A DNA stretch of 64,000 bases from a candidate division FCPU426 bacterium (GCA_027452205.1 DAIDGV010000015.1:84171-148170); one strand, 5' to 3'; positions 9,978-19,475 are shown, counted from the first letter of the stretch. Numbers and translations are program-made. Notes: generated from the letters alone by a model not told the origin.

Positions 9978-10373
9978 TTAACGCTTCGAGAATTGGAAGC
10001 GACGGCGGGCTTTCTTGCGGCCGTACTTCTTTCTTTCGACCATACGAGGGTCACGGGTCAAGAACCCAGCGGCCTTCAAAGGCGCGCGAAGCTCGGAATC
10101 AACCTTGGTCAGGGCCCGGGCGATACCGTGGCGCATGGCCTCGGCTTGTCCGGTAACGCCGCCGCCCGTGAGGTTGGCTTGCACATCATACTTGCCCAAA
10201 GCGGAGACGATCTCCAGGGCCGACTTCACCACGGCCAACTTCTGGTCAGGGAAGAATTTCTCGACCGGCAAACCGTTGACGACGATGGTGCCCTTGCCGG
10301 GGCGCAAAATGACGCGAGCGACGGAGGTTTTCCGGCGACCCGTGGCGACAAACTGTTCTTTCGTGGCGGGCAT
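9978..10373 (-). CDS. rpsI: 30S ribosomal protein S9
   Basis: 131 aa ending in ...RRRFQFSKR, typical of S9. TAATG overlap with rplM. Confidence 0.95.
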   Translation of the reverse strand: MPATKEQFVATGRRKTSVARVILRPGKGTIVVNGLPVEKFFPDQKLAVVKSALEIVSALGKYDVQANLTGGGVTGQAEAMRHGIARALTKVDSELRAPLKAAGFLTRDPRMVERKKYGRKKARRRFQFSKR

Positions 10374-10831
10374 TAGGCTTCTCCTCTTTTCGCTTTGTAC
10401 TTCAGGGTCAAGGCTTCCGGCTTTTGGGCCGAATGCGGATGGATTTCGCCTTTGTAGATATTGACACGTCCGAACATGTGATCACCTTGCGACGTCTTGG
10501 GAAGCATGCCCTTGATGGCGTACTCCAAGATGCGTTCCGGCTTCGTGTGGCGCAGGTGCTTGTATTCTTCGGTGGACAATCCACCCGGGCGACCCGAGGT
10601 GCGGTGGTGGGCTTTGGTTTCCCACTTTTTACCGGTCAACACGATCTTATCCGCGTTGATGATGACCACATGGTCTCCATTCTCGACATGGGGGGTAAAA
10701 GTGCGTTTGTGCTTTCCACGGAGAATGGCGGCGACTTGAGAGGTCAGGCGGCCAAGCACCATGTCCTTCGCGTCAACGATCCACCATTTGCGTTGGATGT
10801 CCTTCGTCTTCGGCAAGTAAGTCTTTTGCAT
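10373..10831 (-). CDS. rplM: 50S ribosomal protein L13
   Basis: 152 aa from the ATG at 10831 ([21 protein letters not shown]...). L13-like throughout. Confidence 0.95.
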   Translation of the reverse strand: MQKTYLPKTKDIQRKWWIVDAKDMVLGRLTSQVAAILRGKHKRTFTPHVENGDHVVIINADKIVLTGKKWETKAHHRTSGRPGGLSTEEYKHLRHTKPERILEYAIKGMLPKTSQGDHMFGRVNIYKGEIHPHSAQKPEALTLKYKAKRGEA

Positions 10832-10902
10832 TTTTCTGAACCAGTCCTCTTCTTGATCGAACAATGAACCCTATGAAAGGGGCCTTTTTTACAAGGGCCT
10901 GA

Positions 10903-10930
10903 ATTATATGGTTTTTGAAGGGGCTGTCAA
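10903..10930 (-). promoter_or_regulatory. Sigma70-type promoter for rplM-rpsI
   Basis: TTGACA (10930..10925), 16-nt spacer, TATAAT (10908..10903). About 65 nt upstream of the rplM ATG. Confidence 0.55.
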
Positions 10931-11039
10931 GAACGAAAGGCCTTGAAAACCCCATTTTTCGCCCCAATTTAGGCATAAGTAGGAAAAAGCAAAAAGACGC
11001 CGATAGAATGGTTTAAACGCCATTCTCGTTAGGAAACCC

Positions 11040-11336
11040 ATGCCAACCCGCCCCGAAAACCTGATCCGAGCCCTCGAACTTTCCATTCAAGAGAACCATA
11101 ACTGCACCCCCACCCATTTCCGGAGTATCTACGTGGAAGAAGGACCCGAGGAAAATCCGCTGTGGAAAGGCTATGTTGAAGTATTCACTTTGGAAGGCCA
11201 TCCCGAATCCGAAATAGCGTACGGCTGGTGGGAAGAGGAAGCAGAAGTGAACTTGGTTACCATTTTGGCCTTGACCCCAACCGCCAACGCTAAAAAAGCG
11301 GTACAGGCCTACCTCATGAGCCTGGAAGAACCCTGA
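11040..11336 (+). CDS. Hypothetical acidic 98-aa protein
   Basis: ATG with AGGA SD. No similarity recognised. Confidence 0.45.
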   Translation: MPTRPENLIRALELSIQENHNCTPTHFRSIYVEEGPEENPLWKGYVEVFTLEGHPESEIAYGWWEEEAEVNLVTILALTPTANAKKAVQAYLMSLEEP

Positions 11337-12611
11337 CTACTTCTTTTTAGACGAAGCCAAACGGAACTTAGGCTGTCCATGAACCATCGAGAAGGATACC
11401 GGTTTGCGGTAATTCACCACATGGTCATAAACCGTCCTCTTGCTGTTGGTCGTTCTGGGGGCCGGGATTCCGATCAAGTCCGCCAAATAACCCGGTTTGA
11501 TCTGGCCTAAATGATGGCTTCCGTCCAAGGCTCGGGCAGGCTTGACCGTCGCGAGGGAAAGCACCTCTTGAGCGGATATCTGCGGATAACTTTCCTGGAA
11601 CAAACGCATTTCCCGGAACATCGATAAGGACTGGTTGCTGGCCAAGCTGTCCGTGCCTAAACAGACCGTGATCCCCTGCTTTTTGAACTTCTCGTATTGG
11701 AATCGTTTATGTCCGAAGTACCGATGACTACCCGGGCAATGGACCACCACGGTGCGGTTCTTGGCAAGGATCTTGAGGTCATTTCCGTTCACCTCATTCA
11801 AATGGACACCTATGTCCAATTTGGGCATCCAACCGTTCTGGCTCAAGTATTGCACCGGCGTTGTGCCCCGGGGAATGGCCCAATCCGGGTTGAGCACTTT
11901 GAGGCGCTCCGCGATGGGACCCGCGCCCTTTTTGAAGAACCAAGTCTCTTCCCCGCTTTCCGCCACATGGATCGTCGTGAGTAAATGCCGATGGTCGTTC
12001 AAATAGCGTTTAACGGATTGGAGCATATCTTTGGATACCGTAAAAGGAGTATGGGGACTCAAGCCCCATTGACAGGTCTCGGTAGGCGGTTCTGAATGGA
12101 CCAGATGCTTAAGCCGGTCCTGGAAACTTTTCCAATAAAGGGCGGTGGAAGGCTGGGCCATATCGATGAGCTCAAAAAAAACAAAGGACCTCAAGGGAGA
12201 CCGGCGTAAGAGAGGATAACTTTCCCAACTGGTAGCCACATCACAAAGAGTGGTCGTGCCGTAAGCCAAACTTTCCTCAATGCCCTGCCGGACGGAATTT
12301 TTGAAGTCCGCCGGGGTCATCTCCCGCCCCTTCATGGCCATTTGCCGGAGCCATTCCCGGAAGCCTCCTTGGTATTTCACCTTGCCCTTAAAGTTGGTGA
12401 AATCCAGATGGCAATGCGCGTTGATAAGACCCGGCATCAATATTGTGTCACCCAGGTCCAGCATCCGCAGAGAGGGTGTCAAATAAAGGTCTTGTCTCTT
12501 CCCCACGCGAAGGATACGGGAACCCTGTATCAGGACGAAACCATCCTCGATCGGCCGGGGGCGGTCCATGGTCAATATGGTCTTAGCAAAAAGAACGAGG
12601 CGTTGATCCAT
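11337..12611 (-). CDS. Amidohydrolase-superfamily enzyme (chlorohydrolase/deaminase-like)
   Basis: 424 aa. Metal-binding HxH motif (LINAHCHLDF). Overall deaminase-like layout. Confidence 0.8.
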   Translation of the reverse strand: MDQRLVLFAKTILTMDRPRPIEDGFVLIQGSRILRVGKRQDLYLTPSLRMLDLGDTILMPGLINAHCHLDFTNFKGKVKYQGGFREWLRQMAMKGREMTPADFKNSVRQGIEESLAYGTTTLCDVATSWESYPLLRRSPLRSFVFFELIDMAQPSTALYWKSFQDRLKHLVHSEPPTETCQWGLSPHTPFTVSKDMLQSVKRYLNDHRHLLTTIHVAESGEETWFFKKGAGPIAERLKVLNPDWAIPRGTTPVQYLSQNGWMPKLDIGVHLNEVNGNDLKILAKNRTVVVHCPGSHRYFGHKRFQYEKFKKQGITVCLGTDSLASNQSLSMFREMRLFQESYPQISAQEVLSLATVKPARALDGSHHLGQIKPGYLADLIGIPAPRTTNSKRTVYDHVVNYRKPVSFSMVHGQPKFRLASSKKK

Positions 12612-12730
12612 AGCTTTAGACTAGCACTCCACACTTTGAAAAAAAGCATTCTTTTAAGTTACCCTCGGGTGAGCGACGAAGTCGGCGCCTATTGACCCTG
12701 ATAAGACCCGGCCCTAAAGTATCCAACGTT

Positions 12731-14017
12731 ATGCTCGATAACCCTTTTCAGAAGTTCCTTTTTCACCTCACCAGCCTTCTGACCACCTGGTTTCCCCGGG
12801 GCGGAGCCTGGTTCTTCAACACCCTTATTCCTCCCATTGCCGGCAACAAACTTTTGATCGCCCATTTGAACCGTAAGAACGAGAAGATCATCCGGAGCGT
12901 GAAAAAGTTCGAAAAGATCCTCGTCATCCCCGATATTCACTTGGGAGACGCCATTTTGGCCCAAGGCGCTTTGAAGGCCTTTAAGGATTACTTCCCTGAC
13001 GCTCAGATCGACTATATCGTCAATAAGATCATCGCCAGTGTCATTGAAGGCAACCCGAACATTTCCAACCTTTATCCGGTCTTCACCGGCGGGGTCTTCC
13101 CCAAGGAAAGTGACATCGAGCAGGTTCGCCGTATCGCCGCCGCCACCGATTACGACCTTTGCTTCAATTGCAGCCCCTTTTTCGAAGGCACCCACCTCTT
13201 TCCAAAGGGCCAAAAGATACTGAACTTCCTGTCGGTCGCCCCCCAAGTCGTCCGATCCGACATGGACCGGTCCGGCAACATCCACATCGCCTTCAATGGT
13301 TACGATATGCCCTTTCAACTGCTTTCGAAGTTCTATAAACCCAAACGGGCCGAAGCCTTTACTGGAGTTCCCCTGACCTTAACGGACCGCGCTGTTCAGG
13401 AATCCGTGAATTTCTTGAAAGAGAAAAAGATCGATAGCTCGAAACCGATCGTTTTCTTGAATCCCGATACCGCCTCGCCCTTCACCCGGATCCCTGTTGT
13501 TGACCAAGCGCGCATCCTGAAACAATTGGCCGAAATGGACCTTTCCATTCTGTTGGGTGTTGCCTATACCGCGAAAGGAATTGAAACCGAGTTATTGAGC
13601 ATGATGAATGAAGAAGAAAAAAAGAAAGTAACGATCGTACCGGCGACCGTTTCTTTGGATGGTTACAGCGCCTTGATCGACTTGGCCGATGTGTTCATTT
13701 CAGGGGATACGGGTCCGCTGCATTTGGCCGCCGCCCGGAAGGTTTCCCGGTCGGGACAGCACTCCTTCCGCAACAAGACCTTCGTTATTTCCGTTTTCGG
13801 GGCCACGCCGCCGCGGCTATCGGGGTACGATTCGGTGGACCCGCTTTACCTGCCTGCCAACCAAGATGTACTTTCGAGGACCTATGTTTCCGAAAGCCCT
13901 TGCCGTAACATCACTTGCGTGAACAAGATGGCCAAGACCTGTAAGAATATCCGCTGTTACGAAACCCTCAACACGGACCGCATCCTGACCGATATCAAGG
14001 CCTTCCTCAAAAAGTAA
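12731..14017 (+). CDS. Glycosyltransferase family 9 (heptosyltransferase-like) with a C-terminal Cys4 cluster
   Basis: KILVIPDIHLGDAILAQGALKAF and GDTGPLHLAAA motifs typical of GT9. The start is uncertain (ATG 12731 or TTG 12692). Confidence 0.7.
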   Translation: MLDNPFQKFLFHLTSLLTTWFPRGGAWFFNTLIPPIAGNKLLIAHLNRKNEKIIRSVKKFEKILVIPDIHLGDAILAQGALKAFKDYFPDAQIDYIVNKIIASVIEGNPNISNLYPVFTGGVFPKESDIEQVRRIAAATDYDLCFNCSPFFEGTHLFPKGQKILNFLSVAPQVVRSDMDRSGNIHIAFNGYDMPFQLLSKFYKPKRAEAFTGVPLTLTDRAVQESVNFLKEKKIDSSKPIVFLNPDTASPFTRIPVVDQARILKQLAEMDLSILLGVAYTAKGIETELLSMMNEEEKKKVTIVPATVSLDGYSALIDLADVFISGDTGPLHLAAARKVSRSGQHSFRNKTFVISVFGATPPRLSGYDSVDPLYLPANQDVLSRTYVSESPCRNITCVNKMAKTCKNIRCYETLNTDRILTDIKAFLKK

Positions 14018-14026
14018 GCCGGGCGC

Positions 14027-14926
14027 TCACTTCGTAACGTACTCTTCCATCTTTTCGAATTTATCAAAGGGTTTTTTATCGGTTGAAATTCGGCCTTTTT
14101 TTCTCAGGACAGCCAGTTCTTCATTGGTCGGCTGCATCAGATAGGTCGAAGGCGTGAAATAGTCGAAGGTGATGCCCTTCTTTTTCATTTTCCGGATATT
14201 CGTTTCCATCGTTTTCAAAGAGATCGGCGACGCCGAAGCCATGCGATAGGTCCAGCCCATCCCGAAGCAAGGCATGTCCACCCGGGCGGTCAGGATATTC
14301 GGGAAGACCGAGCGGAAGGTCTTATAGATCGTCGCGAAGGATTCCGGGAACAAATAATAGTTGTCCGTGTGGATAGCGATGATCCCATTGGCATTCAACC
14401 GCTTCTTACAGATCTTGTAGAACTCTTGGGTATAGAGCATCTTCGAGGGCCCATGGGGTTCGGTCAGGTCAATGATGAGAACATCGAACTTTTCATCGTG
14501 GTTTTCCAACCACTTGCGGGCGTCTTCATAAATGAGCTCGACGCGTTTGTCTTTCAACTTCTTTTCGATGACCGGATAGTTCTTGCGGCAGAAATCGACA
14601 ACTCCCTTATCGATCTCGACCATGAGGATACGTTCCAAGGACTTGAACTTGACCGCCTCTTCGATGGCAAAACAGTCCCCTCCGCCGATGACACAAATAC
14701 TTTTCGGGTTTTTATGGGCCAACAAAGGCGCCGACACTAAATATTGGTGGTAGCGATTCTCGTCGCCGTGACTGATCTGGATCTTACCGTCCAGGAAAAG
14801 CAAGGTGCCGAAGGTCTCGTTCTGGAATATTTCCATGGATTGGAAAGGGGTCTTTCCTTTGTAGAGGGACTTACCGTTATAAACATGTCCGAAAGTATTG
14901 GTGGTCCATTCGGTTTTGACGGGCAT
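14027..14926 (-). CDS. speE: Spermidine synthase-like polyamine aminopropyltransferase
   Basis: 299 aa. FQNETFGTLLFLDG, VIGGGDC and IIDLTEPHGPSKMLYTQEFY motifs. Confidence 0.75.
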   Translation of the reverse strand: MPVKTEWTTNTFGHVYNGKSLYKGKTPFQSMEIFQNETFGTLLFLDGKIQISHGDENRYHQYLVSAPLLAHKNPKSICVIGGGDCFAIEEAVKFKSLERILMVEIDKGVVDFCRKNYPVIEKKLKDKRVELIYEDARKWLENHDEKFDVLIIDLTEPHGPSKMLYTQEFYKICKKRLNANGIIAIHTDNYYLFPESFATIYKTFRSVFPNILTARVDMPCFGMGWTYRMASASPISLKTMETNIRKMKKKGITFDYFTPSTYLMQPTNEELAVLRKKGRISTDKKPFDKFEKMEEYVTK

Positions 14927-15008
14927 GAGGGGGTGGCTCCTTGGATGGAATGGCGCCGATTATACACCAGGCCCCCGGAGCGAAAGGAAGTTGTTAAGAA
15001 GGAAAAGC

Positions 15009-15386
15009 TCAGGTACCGGGCAGGAACCCGCCGGCGTCCACCACAGGCTTGAGCGGGATGTCCGCCGCGCCTTCTTTTAAATTGTTGTAAACTTTGGCCA
15101 GCTTGGTGTTCTTGGGGTTCAATTTCAGGCTCTCAGCAAAGGCCTCCAAAGCGCTGTCTTTGTCCCTCATCTCGAAATAACAATAACCTGCCATCTCATA
15201 GGACTGCCAGGAGTTGAAGTTCTGATCCGCCGCTTCCAGAAAATGCGAAAGGGCTTGCTCATAACGATTATTCGAATAGAACGAAAGACCCAAGTTGTAA
15301 TTAGCGGTGGCCGTGTCATTGCCGGCATAGGTATGTGTGAAAGAGAAAAGAAAAGGGAGAAAGAAGACCAGAAAACGTTTTCTCAT
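15009..15386 (-). CDS. Small secreted TPR-repeat protein
   Basis: 125 aa from the ATG at 15386. Signal peptide MRKRFLVFFLPFLFSFTHTYA, then TPR-like repeats. Confidence 0.65.
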   Translation of the reverse strand: MRKRFLVFFLPFLFSFTHTYAGNDTATANYNLGLSFYSNNRYEQALSHFLEAADQNFNSWQSYEMAGYCYFEMRDKDSALEAFAESLKLNPKNTKLAKVYNNLKEGAADIPLKPVVDAGGFLPGT

Positions 15387-15445
15387 TCGGTACAATTCCT
15401 CATTTCAAGGTCGGCCCGGAAGGGTCAGTGAAGGACGCGAAAAGG

Positions 15446-15488
15446 ATTATATACCTCTTAAAAGGGTTTTTAAACCGCCCCTTTTAAG
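15446..15488 (-). promoter_or_regulatory. 10-bp perfect inverted repeat next to a TATAAT box, upstream of the small TPR gene
   Basis: CTTAAAAGGG (15457..15466) pairs with CCCTTTTAAG (15479..15488) across a 12-nt loop. TATAAT lies on the minus strand at 15451..15446. Confidence 0.35.
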
Positions 15489-15498
15489 GGAAATCAGC

Positions 15499-15888
15499 CT
15501 ATTTGGGGACTTTTCCCTGTTGAGCCACGATGGTCGAGAACATGCCTCCGCGAGTATTGAACTTCCCGGTAACCCGGCACCATTTGGGCTTGGCGGCGGA
15601 CACGAAATCCCGCATCATTCGGTTAACAGCGTTCTCGTAAAAGATGCCTACGTTGCGATAGGCCAAGATGTAGCTCTTCAAGGACTTAAGTTCCAGGACC
15701 GACTTGAGCGGTTCGTATTCAAGGATGATCGTCCCAAAATCAGGAAGGCCCGTTTTAGGACAGACCGCGGTGTATTCCGGGATCTCGATCCGGATGGTAT
15801 AGCCCGGATATTGGTTCGGAAAAACCTCGATGGCAGGCAACTTGATGGAAACACCCGACTTCGCGTGGTTCTCGTTGTATTCTTTCAC
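15499..15888 (-). CDS. queF: NADPH-dependent 7-cyano-7-deazaguanine reductase (type I QueF)
   Basis: 129 aa. Catalytic Cys in AVCPKTGLPDF and the QueF motif ELKSLKSY. The GTG start overlaps the upstream stop as GTGA. Confidence 0.9.
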   Translation of the reverse strand: MKEYNENHAKSGVSIKLPAIEVFPNQYPGYTIRIEIPEYTAVCPKTGLPDFGTIILEYEPLKSVLELKSLKSYILAYRNVGIFYENAVNRMMRDFVSAAKPKWCRVTGKFNTRGGMFSTIVAQQGKVPK

Positions 15889-16304
15889 TTCACAGGTTCC
15901 TTTCGGGGTTTTGTGCCGCCACGACGGCCGAATTGGGGCTGTAAATGATAATCATTGAAACCGACGACATTTTCCCAAGGATCCATCACCTCGACCAACC
16001 AGCCAGTGGCCATTAATCTCGGTTCACTGGCTAGCTTAAAGCCTTTTTCTTGCAGTTCTTTCGTTGCCGCCTGGGCGTCATCGACCTCGATCCAAAGCCG
16101 GGGATGTTCGACCCCTCCCTTTTTTTCGGGACCTTTAAGTAAAAGCAAGTTCGGGTGTTCCTCGCTGATGATCAACACCGCCGCGCCAGCCTGGGCCGAT
16201 TGGAACTGGAGCTTAAAACCCAAACGTTGATAGAACTCGACCGCCAGATTGATGTCCCCCACCGCAAAGACAACATGATCGATACCGAGCATTTTCACGG
16301 GCAT
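15885..16304 (-). CDS. VOC (glyoxalase fold) family protein
   Basis: 139 aa. Begins GIDHVVFAVGDINLAVEFY, typical of the VOC fold. Confidence 0.7.
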   Translation of the reverse strand: MPVKMLGIDHVVFAVGDINLAVEFYQRLGFKLQFQSAQAGAAVLIISEEHPNLLLLKGPEKKGGVEHPRLWIEVDDAQAATKELQEKGFKLASEPRLMATGWLVEVMDPWENVVGFNDYHLQPQFGRRGGTKPRKEPVK

Positions 16305-16330
16305 ACCTCTCGAACAAAAAAAGCTAAATA

Positions 16331-17404
16331 TTAATTAACGAGCTTATAGAAGGTATTGCGTTGGTGGGGCTCGTAACCCATTTCAGTGATCAAGCGCCGC
16401 ATCTCGTCCACGCTCATCAGGTAGCGAAGACCGGTGGAAGCGACTACGTTCTCTTCCAGCATGATACTGCCCAGGTCGTTCGCCCCATAACGAAGGCCCA
16501 ATTGACCGATCTTTTTACCAGGCGTCACCCAGGAGGCCTGCAGGTTCGGCAAGGTGTGGTTCAAGATAATGCGGGACAATGCCAAGGTCTTGAGATATTC
16601 CTGGCCGCTGGCGCTCTTCAGTCCCAAGCTTTCGTTGCCCGGTTGATAAAGCCAAGGGATGAACCCTAAAAAGCCTCCGGTCTCTTCTTGGAGCTCGCGA
16701 ATAAGAAAAATATGCTCGATCCGTTCTTCCAGGGTTTCCACGTGGCCGAACATCATGGTGGCCGTTGAGCGCATACCTAAGGAATGAACATCCCGCATGA
16801 CTCCCAGCCATTCTTGGGTGGTCGCCTTCAAAGGGGCGATCTCTTTACGGACGCGGTCGGACAGGATCTCCGCTCCCCCGCCCGGCATGGAATCCATGCC
16901 CGCTTCTTTGAAAAGCTTCAGAATCTCGATGACCGGCATTTTGAAAAGCCCGGAGAAATGGATCAGTTCCGGGGGCGAAAAAGAGTGGAAGGTCACGTCC
17001 GAATGGGCCGATTTGACCTTACGGATCATGTTCAAATACCAATCCAGCGTCAAACTAGGATGATGTCCCCCCTGGAGCAGCATCTGGGTACAACCCACTT
17101 GCTTGGCTTCGGTGATCTTGTGGATGATCTTGTCGGCTTCGTTCACATAACCTTCTTTATCGCCGTCCTCACGGTAGAAAGCGCAGAACTTACAATAGGT
17201 CACGCAAACGTTGGTGTAGTTGATGTTGCGGTCGATCAAGTAAGTGGCGATCTTGTCGCCCTTGGTGCGGGTCTTCAAGGTATGGGCAATGGCGCCCAGG
17301 TCGCTCAATTCCGAATGGCGGAAAAGTTCCAGAGCTTCCTGCCGGTTCACCACATGGCCATCCAATACTTTTTCTTGAAGCGTCTCGATCATTGCGGTCG
17401 TCAT
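16331..17404 (-). CDS. mqnC: Radical SAM cyclic dehypoxanthinyl futalosine synthase
   Basis: 357 aa. TYLIDRNINYTNVCVTYCKFCAFYR (CxxxCxxC). MqnC-like signature from memory of family alignments. Confidence 0.75.
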   Translation of the reverse strand: MTTAMIETLQEKVLDGHVVNRQEALELFRHSELSDLGAIAHTLKTRTKGDKIATYLIDRNINYTNVCVTYCKFCAFYREDGDKEGYVNEADKIIHKITEAKQVGCTQMLLQGGHHPSLTLDWYLNMIRKVKSAHSDVTFHSFSPPELIHFSGLFKMPVIEILKLFKEAGMDSMPGGGAEILSDRVRKEIAPLKATTQEWLGVMRDVHSLGMRSTATMMFGHVETLEERIEHIFLIRELQEETGGFLGFIPWLYQPGNESLGLKSASGQEYLKTLALSRIILNHTLPNLQASWVTPGKKIGQLGLRYGANDLGSIMLEENVVASTGLRYLMSVDEMRRLITEMGYEPHQRNTFYKLVN

Positions 17405-18336
17405 TAGAGGATCAATCCTTGTTCTTGTAAGAGTTTCTTGAATTCCAACTGACCCTGGACCTGTTCCGGCCCATAGGTGTAGTCGATGTTCTTTTCCAAG
17501 TATTCCTTGGATTGGGTATGGCGGAACACCCAGATACCTTTGTAGTTGTCCGCCACCTCCGCGAAATGCTTCACCCCTTCGTTCTTCGAGGCCAAGAGGT
17601 CATTCTCGATCTCCCGGGCGATCTGCACATTCCGGGCCATCCAGACGGCATAAACAAAAGGTTTCCCGGTCCGGCTGGTCCATTCGGCTCCTAGGTCGGT
17701 CACGGTCATCCCCGTCGGGGCGGAGATCAAGGCGTTATCTCCGAATTGCAGGGTGGCTTCCCAAGGCTTCACTTGGTTCGGGTGGAAGGTCTTCATGTCC
17801 ACGCTCACCACTTCTAAGTTCTTCACGCCATACCATTTTTTGAGTATCAACTTGGCCAGCAAAACGGAGGTTTGAGAGCGGTCATCCACGAACAAACGTT
17901 CCACGCTCTTCAAAGGACCGTGGGACAAGATGCGGACGCTTTGGACCGGACCCTTCGACGTGATAGCGCCGATGGGGATGATGGTCAAAGAGGGATCCAA
18001 CAAATAAGCCGCGATCGGGGCCAAGGCCACATCCACCTGGGCGGACTTGAGGGCTTTCGCCATATCGATCGGGGCGACTTGGGTTACATGATGGTGCTTG
18101 GCCAATTGCCAGACCAGGGGTTGGGCATTCAAGAAAGGAACGACGGCCACATTCATCGGCTTGGCCTTGAACTCCAGTTCCACCGGAGGCGGAGGAGGAG
18201 GCGCGACAGGGGCCGCAGGAGCGGCGGTGGCGGCCGGAGCGGCAGCAGCGGGTGCGGAAGTAGCGGCAGGCGCCGGGGCCGCAGCAGCGGCAGCAACCGG
18301 TTGGGCTGGTGTATTAGCGTTTTCGGTCATTTTCAT
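17404..18336 (-). CDS. mqnA: MqnA-type menaquinone biosynthesis protein (chorismate dehydratase family) with an Ala/Pro-rich N-terminal extension
   Basis: The core starts NVAVVPFLNAQPLVWQL. No CPND motif of MqnD is present. GAGGA SD sits before the ATGAAAATG start. Confidence 0.7.
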   Translation of the reverse strand: MKMTENANTPAQPVAAAAAAPAPAATSAPAAAAPAATAAPAAPVAPPPPPPVELEFKAKPMNVAVVPFLNAQPLVWQLAKHHHVTQVAPIDMAKALKSAQVDVALAPIAAYLLDPSLTIIPIGAITSKGPVQSVRILSHGPLKSVERLFVDDRSQTSVLLAKLILKKWYGVKNLEVVSVDMKTFHPNQVKPWEATLQFGDNALISAPTGMTVTDLGAEWTSRTGKPFVYAVWMARNVQIAREIENDLLASKNEGVKHFAEVADNYKGIWVFRHTQSKEYLEKNIDYTYGPEQVQGQLEFKKLLQEQGLIL

Positions 18337-18356
18337 TCCTCTTTATAAGGGATAGT

Positions 18357-19475
18357 TCAACGAACAACCGCTTCTTGAAGCATCGGTTTCAACTCTTTGT
18401 ACAGCGTATCCCGTTCCACAGGAATGCGTCCCGCGTCACGGATCAAAGCTTGCAGGTCCTTCGCCGTCATGGCTTCGGGCGAATCCGCCCCCGCCATACG
18501 ATAGATCTTCTCGTCGATAACCGTTCCGTCGATATCGTCCACCCCAAAGGCCAGGGACATTTGGGCCAGTTTCACTCCCATAGAGATCCAATAAGCCTTG
18601 ATGTGGTCGAAATTATCCAGATAGACCCGGCCCACTGCCAGGGTCTTCAGGTCTTCAATACCGCTCGGGCGGGCAAAGTGGTCCATTTGGGTATGGTCCG
18701 GATGGAAAGCCAAGGGAATAAAGGTTTGGAAGCCCTTGGTTTCATCCTGCAATTCACGCAAACGGCGCATGTGATCGACCCGGTGTTCGTACTTTTCGAT
18801 ATGGCCGTACAGCATCGTGGCGTTGGTGCGCATGCCCATCTTGTGGGCCGTCCGGTGTACCGCCAGCCATTGCTCAGCGTTCCCTTTTCCAGGGCATATT
18901 TCTTCACGGACATCCGGATGGAAGATCTCCGCGCCGCCGCCCGGCATGGAACCCAGCCCCGCGGCCTTCAAACGGGTCAGGACTTCCTCGTGGGTCATGT
19001 TGTATTTTTCGGCGAAAAAGTTGATCTCCACGCCCGTGAAACACTTCAAGTGGATTCCGGGCACCGCTTGCTTGAGGATGCGCAACATGTCCTCGTACCA
19101 TTCAAAGCTGTAATTGGGATGGAGCCCGCCAACGATGTGAAGTTCGGTGATACCTTCCAATTCATAGGCTTCCCTGGCTTTGGCGGCCAGTTGCTGATGG
19201 GTGAACTCAAAAGCCCCTTCTTCCCCGGGGAAACGGGAAAAGGCGCAGAACTTACAGGTCGTGGCGCAAACATTGGTGTAATCAATGTGGCGGTTCTTGT
19301 TGTAGTAGGTGTTATTGCCGTTCTTGCGTTCGCGAACGATGTTGGCCATGGCGCCAAGAACATAGAGGTCATTGGTTTGATAGAGACGCAACGCGTCGTC
19401 GTCCGAGACACGGACACCCTTCTCGACCTTGTCGTAAATATCTTTAATTGGTGATTGATCCAACAAACGCTTCAA
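18357..19475 (-). CDS. mqnE: Radical SAM aminofutalosine synthase
   Basis: YYNKNRHIDYTNVCATTCKFCAFSR. I chose the TTG start at 19475, which overlaps the ubiA-like stop as TTGA. The ATG at 19523 is the alternative. Confidence 0.75.
   Translation of the reverse strand: MKRLLDQSPIKDIYDKVEKGVRVSDDDALRLYQTNDLYVLGAMANIVRERKNGNNTYYNKNRHIDYTNVCATTCKFCAFSRFPGEEGAFEFTHQQLAAKAREAYELEGITELHIVGGLHPNYSFEWYEDMLRILKQAVPGIHLKCFTGVEINFFAEKYNMTHEEVLTRLKAAGLGSMPGGGAEIFHPDVREEICPGKGNAEQWLAVHRTAHKMGMRTNATMLYGHIEKYEHRVDHMRRLRELQDETKGFQTFIPLAFHPDHTQMDHFARPSGIEDLKTLAVGRVYLDNFDHIKAYWISMGVKLAQMSLAFGVDDIDGTVIDEKIYRMAGADSPEAMTAKDLQALIRDAGRIPVERDTLYKELKPMLQEAVVR

Noticed and set aside
9434-10054. The 206-aa version of the NUDIX ORF.
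   Set aside because: The extension overlaps the rpsI 3' end and runs through a canonical terminator. The internal ATG at 9868 gives a normal-size Nudix protein.
10881-10900. GGGGCCTTTTTTACAAGGGCC upstream of rplM as a hairpin or terminator.
   Set aside because: The two arms are not complementary when checked base by base.
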